Positions 27,468 through 35,771 of a DNA stretch of 38,827 bases are shown here, piece after piece. Origin of the DNA: Fidelibacterota bacterium (GTDB lineage: Bacteria; Fidelibacterota; Marinisomatia; Marinisomatales; TCS55). A program made the position numbers and the translations under genes. The number at the start of each line of letters is the position of its first letter. Position 1 is the first letter of the stretch. Where the stretch lies: the NCBI GenBank assembly GCA_046861385.1, contig JBHHTW010000022.1:1-38827 (forward strand), in the 5' to 3' direction. Under the pieces are notes generated by a model, which saw nothing but the letters and a program-made list of their open reading frames with translations, did no database searches and was not told the DNA's origin.

Positions 27468-28375
27468 CTTCAGCCAACCAAATCATCAAAAAATTTGAAG
27501 TAGGGTTAAACCCAAATCAATTGGAATTATCCGCTGTTGGCGCAGATGTTTTGGGATATGGTGAAATATCCACTGTATTTAAGATTCACGGCCTGGAAGA
27601 TGTTGCCTGCAAACGAATGCCCCTGTTCGAATCCCAATTAGATGCGGAGGCGTATAATCAAAATTATCATGCCTATTGTGGTTACCTTGAAGAATGCGGT
27701 CTCACCTTAGTAAAAAGCCATACGGAAATATTTGAGCTCCCGGGGAAACCAATAACACTTTATATCATTCAAGAAAAACTTCCTTCAGAAGCATTTGCCC
27801 ATCAATTACTCCATTCACTTCCAGACCCCGATGTAAAAGAAATCATCGGTTCAATAATTCAGGAAATTCATAAAGTCTGGGATTTTAATACTCAGAATAA
27901 ACCGGGACTGGAAATCGCACTGGATGGACAATTATCCAATTGGGTACGGCTTGGAAACCGTTTTGCTTATATCGATACCAGTACCCCCCTCTTTAAAATC
28001 CATGGAAAAGAACAGCTGGACCCTGAACTATTTTTAAAAACAGCTCCGTCATTTCTCCGTTGGATCATTCGATTACTCTTTTTGCAGGATGTGATGGATC
28101 GATATTATGATCTCCGGTCTGTATTGATGGACTTAGCCGCCAATCTCTACAAAGAACAAAGAGAGGATTTAATTCCGGCTGTTTTGGACATGATCAACGC
28201 CCAATTTGGAAATGAGAATAAACCGATTGAAGAAAAAGAAGTCGAAAAATATTATAAAGAAGATAAACTCATATGGACTCTTTTTCTCACATTTCGCCGG
28301 ATTGACCGTTGGATTCAAACCAACATACTTCGCCAGACCTATGAAACCATTTTACCGGGAAAGATAAAGCGGTAA
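27464..28375 (+). CDS. DUF6206-like protein with protein-kinase-like motifs
   Basis: LGYGEISTV, VACKR, LDGQLSNW and YIDTSTP. ATGA overlap with the aminotransferase stop. The family name is from recall. Confidence 0.65.
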   Translation: MTSANQIIKKFEVGLNPNQLELSAVGADVLGYGEISTVFKIHGLEDVACKRMPLFESQLDAEAYNQNYHAYCGYLEECGLTLVKSHTEIFELPGKPITLYIIQEKLPSEAFAHQLLHSLPDPDVKEIIGSIIQEIHKVWDFNTQNKPGLEIALDGQLSNWVRLGNRFAYIDTSTPLFKIHGKEQLDPELFLKTAPSFLRWIIRLLFLQDVMDRYYDLRSVLMDLAANLYKEQREDLIPAVLDMINAQFGNENKPIEEKEVEKYYKEDKLIWTLFLTFRRIDRWIQTNILRQTYETILPGKIKR

Positions 28376-28466
28376 TTAATATTGCATCATTCCTCATACA
28401 ATTTTTTGTATCAATGTGTTCATCCAGCCTATTTGATAGTTTAATCTGCGCACAGCCAGCGATCTA

Positions 28467-29783
28467 ATGTGTGACACTTTTGTTGCATTAAATAGCGGCA
28501 CCGCAGACGGTTCAGTTATCTTTGGTAAGAATAGCGATCGGGAACCCAACGAAGCTCAATCTCTGGAATATCATCCTCCGGCATCCCATTCGCCGGGAGA
28601 AATGGTTGAATGTACCTATCTCAGTATTCCCCAGGTGAGCAAAACCAATGGAATGATCATCAGCCGCCCTTTTTGGATGTGGGGAGCTGAAATGGGAATC
28701 AACGAACATGGTGTTTCTATTGGAAATGAAGCAGTGTTTACAAAAATGCCGGATGAAAAACAAAACGTTTTAACGGGAATGGACCTGTTGCGACTTGGAT
28801 TGGAACGATCAAAATCTGCAATACAGGCATTGGAAATCATCACCGAATTATTGGCCGAATTTCATCAAGGGGGCATCTGTGGTTACCAAGACAAACAATT
28901 CACCTATCACAATAGTTTTATTATTGCCGATCCTCAGGAAGCCTGGGTACTTGAAACAGCAGGACATCTTTGGGCTGCTCAGAAAATTACATCATTTTAT
29001 GCCATCAGCAATGGACTCACCATTGGAGAGAATTTTGATTTAGCTCATGAAGATTTGATCCCAACCGCCCGGAAAAAAAGGTGGTTGAAATCTGGAAAAG
29101 ATTTTCATTTTGCTGAATGTTATTCTGACTGGTTTTACACAACTTTTTCAAAATGTCATATGAGACGAAACAGATCGGTTGAAATGGCCACCCTTGGTGG
29201 GAAAATGGATATTACCAAAGCATTGGTTCATTTACGGGATCACGGAGGAAATGCATATAATCCAACTAACCATTTTTTTATGAATCATATTTGTGCTCAT
29301 TCAGCCAATCGTCTTTCCAGGCATGCTGCCCAATCGGTCTCATCTTTGGTCACCCAATGTTCTAAAAATGAAATAACCGCCTGGACCACGGGAACATCCG
29401 CTCCCTGTACAAGCCTTTTTAAACCCATTGATCTTTCTAATATCTATCTTCCCGACAATGAATTACCGGGGGAATATTATGATGAAAAGGCGCTCTGGTG
29501 GCGACATGAAAAACTCCACCGAACTATTTTGGAGGATTACCCAAACCGCATTAAAGTGATCCAGAAAGAGCAAAAGACATTTGAACATACATTTATAAAC
29601 ACTTTTCCAATTACCGAAAGCGCTGAAAAACGGAGGGTAACAGAATACGCTTTTAGGCAAGGAAATGAACTCATAGGTGAGTGGTTGCTCCAATGTAAGG
29701 ATATTCCAATCCAATCCCATCATCACGGGTTATATCGTCGATACTGGAAAAAACAAAATCGAGCTGCTCGCATAAACATATGA
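28467..29783 (+). CDS. Secernin / peptidase C69-family Ntn-hydrolase
   Basis: N-terminal MCDTFV (Cys nucleophile), GKNSDREPNEAQ, WMWGAEMGINEHGVSIGNEA, GMDLLRLGLER, YHNSF and PCTSLFKP. Confidence 0.9.
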   Translation: MCDTFVALNSGTADGSVIFGKNSDREPNEAQSLEYHPPASHSPGEMVECTYLSIPQVSKTNGMIISRPFWMWGAEMGINEHGVSIGNEAVFTKMPDEKQNVLTGMDLLRLGLERSKSAIQALEIITELLAEFHQGGICGYQDKQFTYHNSFIIADPQEAWVLETAGHLWAAQKITSFYAISNGLTIGENFDLAHEDLIPTARKKRWLKSGKDFHFAECYSDWFYTTFSKCHMRRNRSVEMATLGGKMDITKALVHLRDHGGNAYNPTNHFFMNHICAHSANRLSRHAAQSVSSLVTQCSKNEITAWTTGTSAPCTSLFKPIDLSNIYLPDNELPGEYYDEKALWWRHEKLHRTILEDYPNRIKVIQKEQKTFEHTFINTFPITESAEKRRVTEYAFRQGNELIGEWLLQCKDIPIQSHHHGLYRRYWKKQNRAARINI

Positions 29784-31492
29784 TAAATTCCAATCGATTC
29801 ATCCTTCTTTGTTTGACGTTTCTATTCTTTTCAAGCTGCAGTGATCAGCCAATAATTGATCAATTGGTGAATATGTCAACCATTGAGTTCTCCGGAGATA
29901 AAGCACTGAATTCACTCACCACCTTTGTTACAAAATTTCCCGATAGGGACAGTGGTCAACCCAACAATGAGAAAGCAGCATTGTGGTTGAAAGATAAATT
30001 GAACCGATTGGGGCTCACTACACGAATAGACCGCTGGAGTATCATTAATTATAATCGGGAAGTTCTTTTGAAAAATGTCGTAGGAATCCTTCCGGGAAAA
30101 TCATCGAAAGAATTGGTCATTGTTGCCCATTTCGACCAGTCTCCGGACACCCATGAAGGAGCAGATAATGACGGTTCCGGTATATCCATATTGATGCAAT
30201 TAGCCGAAATTTTCGCCAATGGCCCAACGCCTGAATATACATTGGTTTTCCTGGCATCGGACGGGGAAGAATACGGAATGCTTGGAACATTGCAGTTTGT
30301 TGAAACCCATCATAATATTTCAAATATTATTGCCGGGATATCTTTAGATAATGTGGGTAAGAAATTTTATGATGGATTACTCATGGATCCCAGGGGACAA
30401 TTCAGAGGATATGGTGCCCTTTGGTTTCAGGTTTTAGCCCGGGAAGCTGCCTTGTCTATCCATGATGATTGGGCACCCAATATTAATCCGGTAATTAATC
30501 AATTATTGGATCAGGCTGTTCCGGTCTCATTCATGGATGAAGGTCCCATGGTGGCTGCAGGTATTCCTTCATTTGGATTCACCGGCGCCATACCCCCTGA
30601 GTGGGCCGAAAAAGCTTGGGAGACCTATCATTCCCCTGAAGATCTAGTTATATATCAATCGGTAAGCACCCTGGAACATACCGGTCGAATTACTGAAGCC
30701 ATCATTCGGCAATGTCTGGCGATGAAATCGTTTCCCAATGAATCGGGGCCTTATTTATATTTCCACCAGTCTCAAACGGTTCTTAAGGGATTTCCACTTT
30801 GGTTGATATTTCTATCCATCCCGACCCTCTTTTTCATCATTTCCTACCACCTTGGGAAAAAGACCAACCATCGCCTTTGGGCCCATTGGAAAGGAACCTG
30901 TATTCATTACCTGTCCTTATGGATTCCATTGATATTATCTGTATTAATCACTTACGTTTTTGTAGCGGTTGGATTGATGGATAAATATCATCTCTATCCT
31001 GCAACATCAAAGGATGCAGCGATCTATTCTCCAAAATGGATTGCTGTTATTCTATGGATCGCGTCCTTAGGATTTCTTTTTTGGATAGGACGAAAAATGG
31101 CAGGAGTCTTTTATAAACAACATCAACAACCAACGCTTGATTTTCTTAAGCAATTTGGATTTACGGTTGTTGGGTTATGCAGCTTAATACTTCTTTGGAT
31201 CAACCCGTTTTCCTTGATTTTTATATTTCCCACAATCGCCTGGATATTCTTTTCCGGAAGAAGACACGGTAGGAAAATCATAGATAGTTTGATTTTTCTA
31301 TCTGGATGTTTTCTAATTTTTGTACTGATTTACTTTTTTGGTTTCGAAATTATGAAAAACGGTTTTGCCATTCTCTGGTATTTGATGATGATGTTTTCCA
31401 TCCGCATGATATCCTTCCCAATGGCTGTATTAATTATGGCATTCATTGCATCCGGATTGGCAATGGTCGTGAATCCGACAAGTAGAAACTAG
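29780..31492 (+). CDS. M28-family metallopeptidase, lipoprotein-like N-terminus with multi-TM C-terminal domain
   Basis: Lipobox FSS-C. Zn-ligand motifs AHFD, GADNDGSG, DGEEYG, SLDNVG and YHSPED. Several hydrophobic helices after about residue 335. ATGA overlap with the C69 gene. Confidence 0.88.
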   Translation: MINSNRFILLCLTFLFFSSCSDQPIIDQLVNMSTIEFSGDKALNSLTTFVTKFPDRDSGQPNNEKAALWLKDKLNRLGLTTRIDRWSIINYNREVLLKNVVGILPGKSSKELVIVAHFDQSPDTHEGADNDGSGISILMQLAEIFANGPTPEYTLVFLASDGEEYGMLGTLQFVETHHNISNIIAGISLDNVGKKFYDGLLMDPRGQFRGYGALWFQVLAREAALSIHDDWAPNINPVINQLLDQAVPVSFMDEGPMVAAGIPSFGFTGAIPPEWAEKAWETYHSPEDLVIYQSVSTLEHTGRITEAIIRQCLAMKSFPNESGPYLYFHQSQTVLKGFPLWLIFLSIPTLFFIISYHLGKKTNHRLWAHWKGTCIHYLSLWIPLILSVLITYVFVAVGLMDKYHLYPATSKDAAIYSPKWIAVILWIASLGFLFWIGRKMAGVFYKQHQQPTLDFLKQFGFTVVGLCSLILLWINPFSLIFIFPTIAWIFFSGRRHGRKIIDSLIFLSGCFLIFVLIYFFGFEIMKNGFAILWYLMMMFSIRMISFPMAVLIMAFIASGLAMVVNPTSRN

Positions 31493-31548
31493 AACTATTT
31501 TTATTATGCTGGGTCCTTCCTAGTTCTTTCTATTGTTGGTCCGGCTGT

Positions 31549-32043
31549 TTACTCTTTATTTTCCTGAGTTCTCTTAGCCATATATTCATCAAGGGCCGTA
31601 TTTAATTCCCTAAGTGCTTCAACGGGTAACGTCTTCATACTTGTTTCCAGCTGATCGATATACATCTGAATATCTCTAGCACTGCTTTTGACGTCAGATA
31701 GGTCCTTTACCAACTTGGTGGATAGCATTTCCAGGGATGCATTGGAATTATCAACGGTTGCTGATAATTCATCCATTCTTTTTGCCTGATCGGCCAAAAG
31801 TGTTTCAAGATTCTTTAACGTCGCCCTGTCATCTTCCAACAAAGAATTTAGAATTTCTTCCATATCTCCTTTGATCTGCTGAACAATTTCTTCTTTCTGG
31901 CCAGCCGTGGCAGTCTGAACGTATTCCACCGTTGCTAAATTAAATTTAGCGCCTCCCCCCTCTCGTGGGATAAACGATAATGTTGAACAGGAACCAGCAA
32001 AAATGGTAAGGATTATTAAACTGTATTTAAGTAAGATTTTCAT
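31549..32043 (-). CDS. Hypothetical coiled-coil lipoprotein
   Basis: Signal peptide with lipobox FAGS-C followed by a heptad-rich helical sequence. Confidence 0.75.
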   Translation of the reverse strand: MKILLKYSLIILTIFAGSCSTLSFIPREGGGAKFNLATVEYVQTATAGQKEEIVQQIKGDMEEILNSLLEDDRATLKNLETLLADQAKRMDELSATVDNSNASLEMLSTKLVKDLSDVKSSARDIQMYIDQLETSMKTLPVEALRELNTALDEYMAKRTQENKE

Positions 32044-32170
32044 TCCAACTTCCCAACTATATTGGTTTGTTTACTTTAATTATTACCAATGGTTTATTTT
32101 TCTGTGTTATTGTCTATATCGAATATAGTATCAATGAAAATTCTTTTCCTTACCAAATTCATAATAAATC

Positions 32171-32236
32171 ACCTTGAGAAGGTAGATAAAAAATGTAGTG
32201 ATTTATTCAAACATATCTTTCCCGCCTTCTCAAGGT
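32171..32236. terminator. Long stem-loop downstream of the cyclase gene (terminator or REP-like)
   Basis: accttgagaagg (32171-32182) and ccttctcaaggt (32225-32236) form a perfect 12-bp IR that extends imperfectly inward. It lies 15 nt beyond the stop at 32252. Confidence 0.5.
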
Positions 32237-32251
32237 AGTTGTACGTATAAT

Positions 32252-32770
32252 TTATTCTTCAGCGAGATAAACGATGGGTTCAGTGAACTTATGGAAGCTC
32301 TTTCTTGTCTCTGGCGTAAGTTTCCTGAACGCTTGGGCAGATAAGATCAATCGACCGCGATGGGACGACTGTCCGCCTGATCCAAGCCTTACAGCAATAT
32401 TAACTGTATTACCAATGATCTCTGGTGTTGTAAAGGGTGGCATGTAGAGAACCATGAATTCACCATAGTGAGCCGCAGTTCTCAATTTCATTTTATAACC
32501 ATCTGCCTTGAGCCATTCTTCTATCTGGCGCTTCATTTCCATGAGTGTCCGAACACCTTTATCGGCACAATCAGCTGGGAAGTAACCCAGGGCGCTGTCA
32601 TACATGTAATCGATTACCTGACCCCCACCGGATTTAACAATCTTGTGGGTTGTTTCAGCAAAATGAGCAAGTAATTCGGCGATCTGATCCAAATTCATAT
32701 TTTTGGTTTCACGACCGAAATTGGTTAGATCAGTAAGAAATACCAATCCTTTTTCATGATAATTTTCCAT
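32252..32770 (-). CDS. Stand-alone class III nucleotidyl cyclase-domain protein
   Basis: FLTDLTNF (metal Asp14), GGQVIDYMYDS (Asp58), LRTAAHYGE and IGNTVNIAVRL (Asn124/Arg128). RBS gagagg 5 nt upstream of the ATG. Confidence 0.8.
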   Translation of the reverse strand: MENYHEKGLVFLTDLTNFGRETKNMNLDQIAELLAHFAETTHKIVKSGGGQVIDYMYDSALGYFPADCADKGVRTLMEMKRQIEEWLKADGYKMKLRTAAHYGEFMVLYMPPFTTPEIIGNTVNIAVRLGSGGQSSHRGRLILSAQAFRKLTPETRKSFHKFTEPIVYLAEE

Positions 32771-32861
32771 ATTATCCTCTCTGTTTTTTTTGGTTGCGCA
32801 GTCGATCCATATGCCCGACAGTAAGTAGGATTGATCGTCAGTCCTTGCGTCTGACAGTTGT

Positions 32862-32881
32862 TTAGGTTACGCGTAACCTAA
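32862..32881. promoter_or_regulatory. Perfect 20-bp palindrome, candidate operator in the divergent cyclase / efflux promoter region
   Basis: ttaggttacgcgtaacctaa is its own reverse complement. Regulatory function is inferred from position only. Confidence 0.5.
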
Positions 32882-33159
32882 TATTGAAAATTTCAATCTG
32901 CAAGAAATAATTAAGAAACTCAATGTAAAAATAGGACGCGAAATCAAATCATAAAATTGAAACTATTTTTAGATGGGAGCAGATTAAGCTTCCATTTATT
33001 TTCGTTACTGGTTTTAATCCAATTTTACTTAGATTTCAGGTTCTAAATTCTGGCAACAAACAATTTTCTTAAACGATTATCATCTAACATTTATTAGTTG
33101 TAAAGAGATGCTCTCACGGTAATGATTGTTAATAAGATTATAATCACAGGAGACCATAA

Positions 33160-34569
33160 GTGATCTTCATAAATAAATCTAAAAGAAATCTAATTATATA
33201 TTTCGTCATTTCAGCAACTCAAATGATTTCATTTGGATTTTCAAAAGAGCAGGATCAAACAGTATATTTAACTTTGCAAAGCTCGGTACACAGAGCCTTG
33301 CGCGATAATAATCAAATTCAACTGAGTAATTACGGTCTCAATAAAGCTCAATGGGATAATTATCAAGCTTGGTCACAGCTGCTCCCCACAATACAGTTCA
33401 GCACACGCTATATGCACATAGATGACCAGACTCTTGCTGAACGTGATTTTAGAATATATTTACCACCTGAATTAAGTAAACAGATACCTCAAACGGTATT
33501 CCAGGAATCTTATTATTCTGCCATTGACGTCTCAGTTCCTCTATTTAATGGGGCGGTACTCAATGGTATTCGAATCGCTAATGCCAATAAAATCGCTGCA
33601 GATAAGATGAATGAATCAACCATAAATACCACTTTATTTCAAGTGATAAGCAGTTATCTCAATGTGCTGAAGACTCAGGAACTACTCAGGCTCCAGGAAA
33701 ATTTTACGAATCTAACCAAGTTAAATTTTGAGAAAGCTCAACGACAGGAATCTGCTGGACGGTTTTCAAAAAATGAAGTACTCTTCTGGGAAATTGATTA
33801 TCAGAAACAGCAATCGGCTCTTACCAGCGCAGAATCAAACTTGCGCACAACAAAATCAGTTTTGACCAATCTACTCGATCTGGATATTGATACAAAGATT
33901 GAAGTTGAGTATACAATACCAAATACCATTTTAGAGGAATCTGATAAAATTGAACAGATGTCAGATGACGAAATTTTAAATATGATTAATCTGAATGAAA
34001 GCGATTTATTAATGGCGAATGCAGCGTTGGCCATGGGCAGATCACAGAAACAGATAGGCAAATTACTTTATAAAAATACCCAAGCTTCCTTTTTGCCATC
34101 CCTCAATTTTGGTTACACCTATGCCTGGCGAGAGAATAACACATTAAAATTGGACGATTACTCACCAGAAACCTATATGATTAATCTTTCAGTACCATTG
34201 TTCACTAGTTTCCAGAATCTTTCTAAAACAAGATCTGCCTACTTCGAATACCAACAAAATGTGGAAAACTATGAAGACCAATTAAACAATATCCAGTTTG
34301 TCTTATCTGAAACGGTTAATAAAATCATCAATCTGAAAACACAACGGCGATTATCACAGATGAACGTAATTTATTCAGAAAATAATTACCGGATAATCGA
34401 GCAGCAAAAAGACAATGGCGTAATTTCAAATCTGGATTTTATTAATACCAAATTGGATCTGCAAAATTCAGAATTGGCTGATATTAATAACCAATATGAT
34501 TTTATATCAGCAATCGTTGAATTGTATTACCTCCTTGGCAAACTAGATATAATTGTAGATATAAATTGA
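33160..34569 (+). CDS. TolC-family outer-membrane efflux protein
   Basis: LTLQSSVHRALRDN, two internal repeats with LP.I/L.F and VPLF motifs, helical coiled coils. AGGAG RBS before the GTG start. Confidence 0.9.
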   Translation: MIFINKSKRNLIIYFVISATQMISFGFSKEQDQTVYLTLQSSVHRALRDNNQIQLSNYGLNKAQWDNYQAWSQLLPTIQFSTRYMHIDDQTLAERDFRIYLPPELSKQIPQTVFQESYYSAIDVSVPLFNGAVLNGIRIANANKIAADKMNESTINTTLFQVISSYLNVLKTQELLRLQENFTNLTKLNFEKAQRQESAGRFSKNEVLFWEIDYQKQQSALTSAESNLRTTKSVLTNLLDLDIDTKIEVEYTIPNTILEESDKIEQMSDDEILNMINLNESDLLMANAALAMGRSQKQIGKLLYKNTQASFLPSLNFGYTYAWRENNTLKLDDYSPETYMINLSVPLFTSFQNLSKTRSAYFEYQQNVENYEDQLNNIQFVLSETVNKIINLKTQRRLSQMNVIYSENNYRIIEQQKDNGVISNLDFINTKLDLQNSELADINNQYDFISAIVELYYLLGKLDIIVDIN

Positions 34570-34582
34570 TAAAAGAATTCTA

Positions 34583-35719
34583 ATGGAGATTTTAATGAAA
34601 TATCGATTTTTTAACCAAGCAATGTTAACAGTCGTTGCGTTTTCAATATTATCTTGCAGTAGCGGGAAAAAAGGCAACGAAGAGACAGGAACTGCAGCCG
34701 ATACCAACCCTGAAATAAAGGAAGTTTTTACCGTTCCGGTGGAAGCTGCAATAGTAAAGAAAAGTATTGTTGAAGCCTCTATACCATTTACCGGTATCTT
34801 AAAGCCAATTAGTTCAGTTGATATTGTCTCCGAAGTATCGGGTAAAGTGAAAAATATTAATAAAAATTTAGGTCAGTCAGTATCAAGAGAGGATGAATTG
34901 GCTATTATTGATGATGAAATTCCGTATTATCAATTTCGACAGGCCCTATCACAAAAATTATCTGCAGAGAATAATTTGAAAATTGCCAAACTAAACCTTG
35001 AAAGCGACGAATTGTTATTTAATAATGAAGATATTTCAAAGATAGCATATGAGAATTCAAATCTAGCTGTGAAGAATTCTGAGGCAAATCTACTGGCAGC
35101 GGTAGCCAATCTGAGTCTTATGGAGCGGAATTATAATAACACGCGCATCAAATCACCTATTACCGGTATCCTTTCCAGAAAATATATCGAATTGGGAACC
35201 ATGGTGAATCCGGGTATGGTTCTGTATAGAGTTATCGATTTTACTACCTTAAAAGTTGAAATTGGCATATCCCAGGATTTAATTAATAACGCCAAAGTAG
35301 GATCAAAAGCCAATATAACTATTTCTGCTTTGGGTAATGAGACATTTCAAGGTGAAGTCAGATACTTATCTCCTGAAGCGGATGAGATCACGGGTACGTA
35401 CAAAATTGAAATTCACCTGGCAAATACTTCCGATATGAAAATTCGCGCAGGGATGACCGCCAAAGTGGATTTAATGATTACTGAGTTGAAGAAACAATTA
35501 ACCATATCCAGCGATGTAATCGTTTCTAAAAACGGTGATTTTTATGTTTATAAAATCGAGGGAAATATTGCGAAATTAACAAAAATTGAGACGGGTCATA
35601 CTTTTGGATCCCAAACGGTTGTGTTTTCCGGTTTAAAAGAAGGTGAAATGATTGTTGTTACCGGCATGAAAAACCTCGGAGAAAACACACGCGTCTATTT
35701 AGAAAATGTGGATGAGTAG
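34583..35719 (+). CDS. RND efflux periplasmic adaptor subunit (MFP)
   Basis: Lipobox ILS-C, SEVSGKV, hairpin coiled coil, IKSPITG, GMTAKV and GLKEGEMIVVTG. Confidence 0.92.
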   Translation: MEILMKYRFFNQAMLTVVAFSILSCSSGKKGNEETGTAADTNPEIKEVFTVPVEAAIVKKSIVEASIPFTGILKPISSVDIVSEVSGKVKNINKNLGQSVSREDELAIIDDEIPYYQFRQALSQKLSAENNLKIAKLNLESDELLFNNEDISKIAYENSNLAVKNSEANLLAAVANLSLMERNYNNTRIKSPITGILSRKYIELGTMVNPGMVLYRVIDFTTLKVEIGISQDLINNAKVGSKANITISALGNETFQGEVRYLSPEADEITGTYKIEIHLANTSDMKIRAGMTAKVDLMITELKKQLTISSDVIVSKNGDFYVYKIEGNIAKLTKIETGHTFGSQTVVFSGLKEGEMIVVTGMKNLGENTRVYLENVDE

Positions 35720-35771
35720 TTCCAAATGATCAATTTGATATTTCAAAGATGAGCAGGCGAAAAGAATCATA

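Noticed and set aside
31549-32770. Cyclase plus downstream gene as a Pycsar anti-phage system
   Set aside because: The neighbour is a coiled-coil lipoprotein without a cNMP-binding, TIR or effector TM domain, and a strong hairpin separates the genes.
2797-35313. Remaining short (60-125 aa) ORFs nested in or antisense to long genes
   Set aside because: They overlap well-supported CDSs and show no recognisable motifs.
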